From Candidatus Amesbacteria bacterium (GTDB taxonomy: Bacteria; Patescibacteriota; Microgenomatia; CAZETR01; Amesbacteraceae), in contig CAVTQH010000002.1 of assembly GCA_963736875.1 (NCBI GenBank), positions 199,927-263,926 of the forward strand: DNA of 64,000 nt, written 5' to 3'. The notes beneath the pieces are model-generated. The model ran no database searches, was not told the DNA's origin, and saw nothing but the letters and a program-made list of their open reading frames with translations. How positions within the stretch are numbered: the first letter of the stretch is position 1; every line of letters starts with the position of its first letter. The translations under genes were made by a program, and so were the position numbers. This document shows positions 48,106 to 56,135 of this stretch, piece after piece.

Positions 48106-48774
48106 ATGCCACCCATGCGGACAGAGCAGGAGCGGGGACAGATCATCATCCGCCAGCGTGAGGGCAAGCCACATTTACAGGCATACGGATTTGTGGATTT
48201 CGGCAGTTTAATTGAAACCGTTTCCGAAATGGGCTTGAGTGAAAAAAGAGCCTCAAGAATAAAAAAAATAATCACTGCCGGAAGTGATCAGGTCCAGAAT
48301 TTACTGGCAACCGGAGGCGCCATCACTACGGGTGGCCGGATTGTTGCCATGGGTGAGGAAGACAGCCATTTCATTGAGACTTTCTTTATATCCAAACCGG
48401 AAAAAGTGATTACTCATGCCTCGGGGGCTGAAGTGGAAGGAATCGCCCGTTTCAGAGACAAATACGAACTCTATTTAAGACCCAGGGGAAAAGTAATGAT
48501 TTTCAGGGAAAATGCCGGTAGCCAACTCGGATATGATGTTTATAGATTGGGCAGTTGCAGTTTACGGTTTGCGGACACGGCTGATGATAAAGTGGGGTAT
48601 GAAGGCGTAAGGGATGCTGATTCCCTGTTCAGGGCTGTTGCCAACCGTTTCACCCGGATGTATCTGCAAACCGGAATTCCTTTAAAAGGCGTGGTTGGTC
48701 CGGAGACATTATCCAAGCAGCTTCTATTAAACATTGCCGAAAAATCCGGGCGGTCGGTTCTGAATCGGTATTGA
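48106..48774 (+). CDS. hypothetical protein, 222 aa
   Basis: ORF only. Confidence 0.3.
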   Translation: MPPMRTEQERGQIIIRQREGKPHLQAYGFVDFGSLIETVSEMGLSEKRASRIKKIITAGSDQVQNLLATGGAITTGGRIVAMGEEDSHFIETFFISKPEKVITHASGAEVEGIARFRDKYELYLRPRGKVMIFRENAGSQLGYDVYRLGSCSLRFADTADDKVGYEGVRDADSLFRAVANRFTRMYLQTGIPLKGVVGPETLSKQLLLNIAEKSGRSVLNRY

Positions 48775-48780
48775 TCTTCT

Positions 48781-49488
48781 TTAATAATTTAATACGGCAA
48801 AATCCCCAGCCCTTAAAATTTCCATGAAGACGCTCATTGCCTCGTATTTACCGTTATCAAAGACAGGCCGTTTGACTCTCCATTCAAAGGTATCCGCCGC
48901 CCGATTTTTCCTGCCTTCAACAACCAATAGTTTATCCCTTTCCATAATCAGGCCGTTTTGCACACCTATGACAATGGGGGCAACCCAGCCGCTTCTTCCG
49001 TCGCGAACCCACTGAAAAGTCTCTCCCCTGATTCTTTGGAAAGGATTTTTTTCCAGAACGGTGGTTTCAAGCCGGTGTCCTGTTAAGTCAATTACCGGTT
49101 CTTTATCCGCCAGACGCAGAACCGGCAGGGCAATTATCCTGCCGGTTTTCCGCCAGGATATGGTGGCCCTGTCCAGCTCCTCGTCGGTCAGGTCGGGTAT
49201 ATTTATTCCGGCCGTCCCCACAACCAGGATTTCCCGTTTATGAATGATGGATTTTTTTAAAACCCCTTGCGCGTATTTAGGGATGATACCCCGGGTGTAA
49301 TCCAGCAGGTTCAGATATCTGACTTCGGTCTCCGGACAAGTCGCACCCGCAAATGCTTCCGGCAAACCGGCCAGGAGTTCCAAATCCGCAGGATCCTTAA
49401 ACCTGGGGGCATACGTTTCCATTACAATCCGTCGTGCCCAATCGGCATATTCATCTGTATCTTGGGGAGATTGTTCCGATGCAGCCAT
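48781..49488 (-). CDS. hypothetical protein, 235 aa
   Basis: ORF only. It is convergent with the previous gene. Confidence 0.3.
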   Translation of the reverse strand: MAASEQSPQDTDEYADWARRIVMETYAPRFKDPADLELLAGLPEAFAGATCPETEVRYLNLLDYTRGIIPKYAQGVLKKSIIHKREILVVGTAGINIPDLTDEELDRATISWRKTGRIIALPVLRLADKEPVIDLTGHRLETTVLEKNPFQRIRGETFQWVRDGRSGWVAPIVIGVQNGLIMERDKLLVVEGRKNRAADTFEWRVKRPVFDNGKYEAMSVFMEILRAGDFAVLNY

Positions 49489-49629
49489 GGGTCAAGTTTA
49501 TCACCGCCCATCTCCCCTTCCTGCAGCAGATAGAAAAATCTCAGGAAGTCAATCTCAAGATCAATAATCTAATCTAAAACTTTCTATATGGTTTATATAC
49601 TCGGAAGGAAACTTAAATTTATTAGCAGC

Positions 49630-50009
49630 TTATATTATTCTTTCCAAATAGTCTGACTGATCAAACTTACCTGCGGTTAGATTGTCATTATCGATATAAA
49701 CCCATGATTTAATATAAATACCTTCAAACCTTACATTTTCTTCTACTCTATTGTAAGTCTTTGGGATTTTATTATAACCTTCACTCTTATCTAATGCGTT
49801 CAAAGCAACATCATTAATATCAAATAATAGTCCATATACCTTTGGAACACGAATTTGTAGTATCAATAGCTATATTAGCCTTACAGCGGTTATTTTAAAA
49901 AAAATTCCCAACCTTCTAGTATAGCTACTCCTAATAACCCGAAGTTATCTACACATCTAACCTTCATTTGATTTAAATCCATGTTTGAACCATAAGCAAA
50001 GTATTTCAT
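49630..50009 (-). pseudogene. AIG2/GGACT (gamma-glutamyl cyclotransferase-like) family gene, frameshifted at an A8/T8 homopolymer (~49888-49895)
   Basis: An N-terminal piece MKYFAYGSNMDLNQMKVRC... (start ~50009) and a C-terminal piece ...VYGLLFDINDVALNALDKSEGYNKIPKTYNRVEEN... (49630-49866) lie in different frames. Confidence 0.45.
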
Positions 50010-50096
50010 TTTCTGCCTACAAAATAACCCAGACGAAGTAGGAGGTAAAGGTATTTGTAGCTTTCATACTTGCTGGGCGTGAAACAATTGAAGAAG

Positions 50097-51818
50097 TTAT
50101 GTTAGTAGATTTTTTAGATTCATAACATACTGATCTTCAAATGAATAACTATACTTTTTAGCCAAACTCCAGAATGAATCTTTAATATCTTGCTCATTGC
50201 GAATCAATTTTCTAGCTTCTGATAAGGAGGTAATAATATTACCCCTTGCCCTTGATGCCACCCTACTCAAATTAGTTGGTATCGTTGTTCTTAGTTTCCA
50301 GCTTTTAACGTCCCATATTAAATTAATACATGAATCAAGGTGGGTTTCATATTCACCAAACAGATCCTCGACCGCAAATCCATCAGGTAGAGTAATTATA
50401 TAAAGGTTACTTTTGGAATTAGGTATTAAATATTTTTTAAATCCATTGCTTAATTGAGGATCACCAACGATATATTTACTATACACATCTTTTCCTTTAT
50501 CGCTATCAACAATAAAGTATGCCTTCTTTTGTACAAGATCGGGTATATTTAATAAAACATCTATTGTTCTAGTTATTTGAGCTACACCTTCAAAACAGTT
50601 GGTAATTTTAATACCAACCTGTTCGTAAACATCCTTTGTTTCAGCTCTTTTATCTTCAATAAATGTTAGTAATTTGTCCTGAGAGGTATAGAAATATACA
50701 TAAAAGTTAGAATCTCCCATTAATTTCCCAATTTCAACTACTTCCTCCTTTGTCCATAATTTCATCTTTTTGTTTTTAACAACCACATGCTCTTTTAATA
50801 GACACCACTCTATGTTATCACCCCCTAAATTACTTGAGGCTAATATTATTGGGGAGTGTGTAGAAACGACCATTTGGATGTTCTTCAGCCAAGCTTGTGA
50901 ATTAAGTTCTTGAGAGAACTTGACCATTAAATCACCATGGAGAAAGGATTCTGGTTCTTCCAACAACCATATTGGGTGATATTCTCCTCTGTGAAGTGAC
51001 CTATCACTATCAAGTAAATAATGTGTTTGATATAAGATGGTTGATTGAGCTCCCGTTCCATGTGAGGTAAGCTCAATTTCTGGAAGTGTTTGTTGCCCTT
51101 TAAAACTTATATCAGAGATTTCAACAATTTCTTTAATATTTTTAGGAAGGTCAAGAGCTGCTTCACTTCCAGGCCACATAGTTTGCAGGCTTTTAGTTAA
51201 TGAGGATGAAAGGTACGATCTGGCTTGTCTACGAAATTCCTCCCACTTTTTTTGTAACTCATTAATACCTATAGATAAATTTGGGTTTCTACCCCAATTC
51301 GCTAATAACCTTTGTCTTAATTTTTCTTGCGCATTCTTAAGTAGATCTCTACCTTCTTGGGGGTGAATGTATGTCACCCTTACGCTCATTAACAACTTTT
51401 TAACATCTGGGTCAATATCGTCGAATGAATCATAAACATAACCTAAAAAGGTATATGAAAACGAAACTTTCCTTGATGATGGTAAAAATGTGATTATTTT
51501 CTTAATATCCGCCTTCTTATTCTTGAACAACCTTATCAGGCGATTTCTTAAAACATTACTAGTTAATTCTTCTAAATTAAATGTTATTGAGATCTCAGCA
51601 TGGTTATACCCTGCCTTTTTTGCTAGGTAGGTGGTTCTGTTTAGAAAAGTTTCATCTTGATATAACGAATCGTTAAAAAAGAAGTTTAAAGCATTTAAAA
51701 TCGCCGTTTTCCCTGCATTATTTATCCCTATTAAATAAGTTCCTTGGGATAAATTTATTTGAGTCTTTGACCGAAAGCACTTAAAGTTTTCTATTTCAAG
51801 CGAATTAATTAAACTCAT
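50097..51818 (-). CDS. OLD-family-like ABC-type ATPase with C-terminal TOPRIM/DUF4435-like domain
   Basis: Walker A GINNAGKTAILNAL, signature-like SHGTGAQS, Walker B IWLLEEPESFLH, H-loop VVSTHSP. The C-terminus has FEG...(Glu) and FIVDSDKGKD (DxD) as in TOPRIM. Confidence 0.55.
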   Translation of the reverse strand: MSLINSLEIENFKCFRSKTQINLSQGTYLIGINNAGKTAILNALNFFFNDSLYQDETFLNRTTYLAKKAGYNHAEISITFNLEELTSNVLRNRLIRLFKNKKADIKKIITFLPSSRKVSFSYTFLGYVYDSFDDIDPDVKKLLMSVRVTYIHPQEGRDLLKNAQEKLRQRLLANWGRNPNLSIGINELQKKWEEFRRQARSYLSSSLTKSLQTMWPGSEAALDLPKNIKEIVEISDISFKGQQTLPEIELTSHGTGAQSTILYQTHYLLDSDRSLHRGEYHPIWLLEEPESFLHGDLMVKFSQELNSQAWLKNIQMVVSTHSPIILASSNLGGDNIEWCLLKEHVVVKNKKMKLWTKEEVVEIGKLMGDSNFYVYFYTSQDKLLTFIEDKRAETKDVYEQVGIKITNCFEGVAQITRTIDVLLNIPDLVQKKAYFIVDSDKGKDVYSKYIVGDPQLSNGFKKYLIPNSKSNLYIITLPDGFAVEDLFGEYETHLDSCINLIWDVKSWKLRTTIPTNLSRVASRARGNIITSLSEARKLIRNEQDIKDSFWSLAKKYSYSFEDQYVMNLKNLLT

Positions 51819-51870
51819 ATGTTTTTTAAATAGCGGTTATGGCCTTAAAATAGCCTTAAATTTCTTAATG

Positions 51871-52500
51871 TCAAGCTATTCTAGTACCAGTATTTACTCC
51901 GCCGTGGTGGGAGCAGGTACCAGAGCGATGTTGACTAAAACTATACGTACCATCACCACACTTTGCAGTTGCCCCCACCGGAGGAGAATTGTAATAAGTA
52001 GGTGACTGTACTTTGTTTCCGTCTACATTTATATAGTAATCTGGGCTAGATTGAGTTTGGGGAGCTATTGTTGGAACTGGTTTAAATGTTGGTCTTGGAG
52101 TCGGCTTAAGAGTGGGGGTCAATGTTGGTGTTGGAGTTGGAGCTACAGTTAGGACCGGGGAAATAATTTCACTGGCTGGACTCAAGATTTCTACTCCCCC
52201 AATTTGTCCCTCAACTTTCGGCGACTCTGTTTTTATTTGGATGTTTGATCGTGGAACAGTGGAAACGTCTACTGGGATTTTTGGACTTGACCAAAACGAT
52301 GTTGAAATCAACGCCAATAAACACAAAGCCGCGATCGACCCAATTTTTACTTTATGCTTCCAGTTATTTCTGAAAATGACATAAGCAAAGAAAAAAGGCC
52401 AGAAAATGATTGCCAAAAGTAGTTTCCACCAAGTTTTATACCAGGGTCGTGGGGCAGACACGTCCGATTGGACGGTCATTAGCCTGGATGTTAGTTCCAA
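51871..52500 (-). CDS. membrane protein with PT-rich linker and C-terminal DUF3761-like Cys domain
   Basis: TM; (PT)n linker; YINVDGNKV...ATAKCGDGTYSFSQHRSGTCSHHGGV. Confidence 0.4.
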   Translation of the reverse strand: MELTSRLMTVQSDVSAPRPWYKTWWKLLLAIIFWPFFFAYVIFRNNWKHKVKIGSIAALCLLALISTSFWSSPKIPVDVSTVPRSNIQIKTESPKVEGQIGGVEILSPASEIISPVLTVAPTPTPTLTPTLKPTPRPTFKPVPTIAPQTQSSPDYYINVDGNKVQSPTYYNSPPVGATAKCGDGTYSFSQHRSGTCSHHGGVNTGTRIA

Positions 52501-52554
52501 GATGACCTATAGTCAAGTTTTACCGGGCGTGATCACATTATTTTAGACGACTTT

Positions 52555-53010
52555 TCAAGGTTGTGTTTCATACATAGCAACCTCACATTTTTTAGCAGTA
52601 AGACTTGTGCCACCTCTTGAATATGGTAAATCATGATCGAAATGTAGGTTCTGATTTGACTTACATATTACACATTTTCCTTGATCTCTTTTCCAAACCT
52701 CCTTTTTTACTTCCGATGGGATTAGTCTAGTATGAGAAAGTTGTACTTTCTGAATATCTCCCGAGATAGATTGGTTACCTGATAGTTTTAAAATAAAACG
52801 GAATACATTTCTATTACTATTGTTTTTCACTGTGTAATCAATAAGTTCGAAGTATCCCTTTGATGACCAAACTCCATTCATTATTTTTTCATAAACTTTC
52901 ACAATCTCAGGGTTGGCATCTTTTTCCTTGTATCCTTTTACTGCACGAATAAATAATCCATTCTGTGTTAATTTCCCTGAAGGTAATATTTCTGGCTGAT
53001 CGTCTAATTT
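52555..53010 (-). CDS. HNH endonuclease (start codon uncertain)
   Basis: CVICKSNQNLHFDHDLPYSRGG is an HNH motif. The frame is open back to ~53010 with no ATG. The upstream 64-aa ORF 53032-53226 is in the same frame, separated by TAA and TGA. Confidence 0.55.
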   Translation of the reverse strand, partial: KLDDQPEILPSGKLTQNGLFIRAVKGYKEKDANPEIVKVYEKIMNGVWSSKGYFELIDYTVKNNSNRNVFRFILKLSGNQSISGDIQKVQLSHTRLIPSEVKKEVWKRDQGKCVICKSNQNLHFDHDLPYSRGGTSLTAKKCEVAMYETQP

Positions 53011-53428
53011 TGGATTATGTCATATGCTTTTTTAGATATATCGTGTCCTTCGTATTCTATCGGTAATTCCATCGGAATATATTTTATCTTTATATGGGGC
53101 ATTTGATCTTTGGGACATCAAAATTAAAGAGTAACGAGGATTTAGTCGGTAATTCATTCCTCGTTGAAGAGTTTGAACATTTTCTAAATCACACATTTCC
53201 CTGTAAGAAAATATTTGATCAAGCACAGGTCAATTCCTTTTTAAACATAATTTGTATTTATTGGCTATTTAATTTACACTCTCCCCAAAAGAAAGCAATT
53301 GATTTGGGTCGAAAATATTATTTCCTCTTATTGATTCGTCTATTTCTCTTATTTTTTTATAACCTAAGAATTTAATAGCCTCGTTTAATTTTAAACACGG
53401 ATTGGAAAACGTTGGCCTTTTTAGCTCA

Positions 53429-54382
53429 TCAAACACTTTCCTTTTTCTTTCTTCGGAAGAGACAATAAAAAGTGGGTAACTTGAATTTGGGTTTCCTGAC
53501 TCTTAAATCTGATAACCTCAATATTCCTGAGTAAATCGAAGTCGTATGTTCAATTTCGAAGGCTGATTTAATTGAATATGGTCCATATTTCCATACAACA
53601 TCAATATTTTTAATTGTCGGAGGTACATCAAGTGATTCATGAAATTCTGATAATACGTGTTCTTTAAATCTATTACCTTGAAAGGACTTTCCTTGGTCGT
53701 TAGAGGGAACCCATATGTCAAATTTTGCCAATTCACCTAGCCTTATTAACCTCCATTGTATCTCAACATGTTCAGTAGTCGATTGTTCAATGTGTTCGTC
53801 AAGTTCTGTTATTGCCTTTGTTTGTTGTGGTATTTCTCTGATTTTTTCTCCCTTTTCTATTGTCTTTAGTGTACCTAATAAATCCCCATATCTGCTTAAG
53901 AAATATTTAGTTGCATCTTCATTTATCATTGTTAATCCTTGTGGAGAATAATTCTCCTTATATCCAAATAGTGGATTAATTTTTGATAGCGGTACCGAGA
54001 CTCTCTCTTCGTTAAGAATAAAATATATTAATTCCCAAGTTTCGCCCTCTGGAGTTTCATGCCAAAAATACTTAGCTAATTCTTTGCTTCTGACTTTAGC
54101 CGCTATCTCGCCAACAAATCTTATGTAACCATTATTATAAATAAGTACTACGTCTCCAGACTCCATTTTTTCCCATCGAGTTTCATTTAAAGGTCCTGGA
54201 ACAGCTCCCCAGACAATAAAGGGTAAGTTATGGTAGATATTTTCTAGATTACTGATCTCTTTTTGTGGAAGATAATTTCTTATTTCGTTAAGATTTCTTT
54301 TGTTTTGAATTGTATCCTCAAAATGACGTTGAGCCTCGTAGTTACCACCAGCAACTACAATAAATACTTTTCTAATCTTCAT
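53429..54382 (-). CDS. EVE/PUA-like domain fused to a restriction-endonuclease-like (PD-(D/E)XK-like) C-terminal domain
   Basis: The N-terminus reads PFIVWGAVPG...MESGDVVLIYNNGYIRFVGEIAAKV, EVE-like. The C-terminus reads ...IDVVWKYGP...FEIEHTTS.... A 2-nt gap separates it from the MazG-like gene. Confidence 0.35.
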   Translation of the reverse strand: MKIRKVFIVVAGGNYEAQRHFEDTIQNKRNLNEIRNYLPQKEISNLENIYHNLPFIVWGAVPGPLNETRWEKMESGDVVLIYNNGYIRFVGEIAAKVRSKELAKYFWHETPEGETWELIYFILNEERVSVPLSKINPLFGYKENYSPQGLTMINEDATKYFLSRYGDLLGTLKTIEKGEKIREIPQQTKAITELDEHIEQSTTEHVEIQWRLIRLGELAKFDIWVPSNDQGKSFQGNRFKEHVLSEFHESLDVPPTIKNIDVVWKYGPYSIKSAFEIEHTTSIYSGILRLSDLRVRKPKFKLPTFYCLFRRKKKESV

Positions 54383-54384
54383 AT

Positions 54385-54855
54385 TTAAAGCTGATTATAC
54401 TTTGTGTGTTTACCCTTTGTCTTTTCAATAGGGTACCTTAGATTGTTCTTTGCTATTTTCTTATCAAGAGCTGCCAATATATCAATATTTAAATCATTAC
54501 TCATAAGTAATACCCAATACAACACGTCAGCTAATTCTTCGCCTATTTCATTTTTATGATTCTTAACATGTTCTTCGATCTCTTCTTTGTTCTTCCATTG
54601 GAAGTGTTCCATTACTTCTGCTGCTTCTAGAATCAGAGATAGAGATGCATCTTTAGGATTATGAAACTGCTTCCAATCCCTAGCATTCCGGAAATTGATA
54701 ATTCTCTGAGTTAAACTTTTTATTGTTTTCACTTTTAGCCTGATTTTACTCCTTTTTTCCCTTTTTTCGCGGATTTGATAGGATATAGATAGTGAAATTA
54801 ATAAGCGTACGGAAATTGGGATTTTATAAAAGCAAGTTCTTTGTCTTTTTCGCAT
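54385..54855 (-). CDS. MazG-like nucleotide pyrophosphohydrolase (all-alpha NTP-PPase, YpjD-like)
   Basis: RDWKQFHNPKDASLSLILEAAEVMEHFQWK...IGEELADVLYWVLLMSNDLNIDILAAL. The real start is probably ~54760. Confidence 0.55.
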   Translation of the reverse strand: MRKRQRTCFYKIPISVRLLISLSISYQIREKREKRSKIRLKVKTIKSLTQRIINFRNARDWKQFHNPKDASLSLILEAAEVMEHFQWKNKEEIEEHVKNHKNEIGEELADVLYWVLLMSNDLNIDILAALDKKIAKNNLRYPIEKTKGKHTKYNQL

Positions 54856-55436
54856 CTGCTTCTATTTTGGTAGTGCTGTTGTTTGTATTAAATAATTTAT
54901 TTATTTCCCTGGCTGGAACCTTACTTTTCATAGTACTTTTTAAAAAATACAAACCCTATGAAAAAGGTTTGTTGGGTGAAACGGACATCAGCGATGAATT
55001 GAGGAAACTTCCACCTGAATACCATTTCTTTTCCGATATAGAAACTGACCGGAGTAAGGCCAATATTGATAAAGTGCTTATCGGACCAACCGGGGTATGG
55101 GTAATAGAAGTTAAAAATATGCAGGGTAAGTTTACTTTTGATGGCCAGAAACTGTTAAAAAATGGTTATCCGATGCCAAAAGATATCCTTAGCCAAACCT
55201 GGAAGGAATCCTATACCATCCGCGATTTAATCAAAGAAAGATTAAATTTTGGTGTTACTGTCCAGCCAGTACTGGTTTTTTCCAGTTCCAAGGCATACTT
55301 TAAGTTTGGAATGAATAAGGTGAAGGGGATTTATATTATCGGGAAGAAATGGTTGAACCAGTTAGTGAATGAAAAAACAACCCAACCTCTAGACCCCCAA
55401 ACCATCGATAAGATTTCAGCTATCTTCAAATTTTAA
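54792..55436 (+). CDS. NERD-domain (nuclease-related domain) membrane protein
   Basis: Two N-terminal TMs, then GLLGETDISDELRKLPPEYHFFSDIE...IDKVLIGPTGVWVIEVKN. Confidence 0.55.
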   Translation: MKLISVRKLGFYKSKFFVFFASASILVVLLFVLNNLFISLAGTLLFIVLFKKYKPYEKGLLGETDISDELRKLPPEYHFFSDIETDRSKANIDKVLIGPTGVWVIEVKNMQGKFTFDGQKLLKNGYPMPKDILSQTWKESYTIRDLIKERLNFGVTVQPVLVFSSSKAYFKFGMNKVKGIYIIGKKWLNQLVNEKTTQPLDPQTIDKISAIFKF

Positions 55437-55444
55437 ACCTCAAA

Positions 55445-55496
55445 GCGTGAGCACGGATTTATGCCTGCCGAATTACAGTACTCTGTCATCCCGAAT
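55445..55496. repeat. copy 2 of the ~52-bp intergenic repeat
   Basis: gcgtgagcacggatttatgcctgccgaattacagtactctgtcatcccgaat: 30/30 then 18/22 identity with copy 3. It is followed by a CCGG-rich hairpin and a T-run. Confidence 0.6.
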
Positions 55497-55535
55497 CTGC
55501 GCGGTCCGGGCCGGTCCGGTGCCGGGAGTACTGAT

Positions 55536-55886
55536 TTATTTTTTGTCCAAAAAAGCAGCCATTGCGGAAACCACCCGCGCTTGCCAATCCAGAATATGGG
55601 CTTCCTGTATCTGCTCCCCTTCGGTGGTAATTGAAGTAACTGATTTTTTAACTACTTCCGCTTCCCAGTCCACCTCCCGCAAATCGTCCATTGGTCCTCT
55701 TGACGGGGGCATTTCCGTATTGCGCTTCTGGAACATGTACAGATTCGGGCATTCAACTTCATAAGTCTTGGCTGTTTTACCGTCGTCCGCAAATTGTTCC
55801 CTGGCCATTTCCGCCAATTTTCCCAAGGCAAAGCATTTACGCTCTATTCCTACCACCGGGCACCCTTCACATCTTACTACCGGCAT
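55536..55886 (-). CDS. small Cys-containing protein, 116 aa (CEGCP...C...C)
   Basis: ATG preceded by GAGGAG. It lies 9 nt downstream of the 58-aa gene. Confidence 0.35.
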   Translation of the reverse strand: MPVVRCEGCPVVGIERKCFALGKLAEMAREQFADDGKTAKTYEVECPNLYMFQKRNTEMPPSRGPMDDLREVDWEAEVVKKSVTSITTEGEQIQEAHILDWQARVVSAMAAFLDKK

Positions 55887-55895
55887 ATCCGCATT

Positions 55896-56072
55896 TTACT
55901 CCTCGTTAAATCTTGGTGTGGAAGGGCACCGGCCGGCGGATCCGCAGGTACCGTCATTTTTTACCAAAGTGCAGGCGGGATCAACCGGGCACTTCGGCTT
56001 TAACTCTTTAACTTTATCTGCATCTTTTCCGCTTGGTTGGATTTGTGGCTTGGTTTCGGTCTTTACTGCCAT
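55896..56072 (-). CDS. Cys-rich small protein, 58 aa (MAVKTETKPQIQPSGKDADKVKELKPKCPVDPACTLVKNDGTCGSAGRCPSTPRFNEE)
   Basis: ATG to TAA, six Cys in the C-terminal 30 aa. Not in the ORF track. Confidence 0.3.
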   Translation of the reverse strand: MAVKTETKPQIQPSGKDADKVKELKPKCPVDPACTLVKNDGTCGSAGRCPSTPRFNEE

Positions 56073-56135
56073 TTGCGGATTATAGGATAAGTTGTTCGTG
56101 ATGTAAACAGTTTTGCGTCTCCGGGGGTGCGGGGT

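Larger units (their letters stand above)
49500..55440. other. low-GC genomic island enriched in nuclease/defence-type genes
   Basis: GC falls from about 48-50% to roughly 25-35%. Gene content is listed in the following features. The right edge abuts repeat copy 2. Confidence 0.55.
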
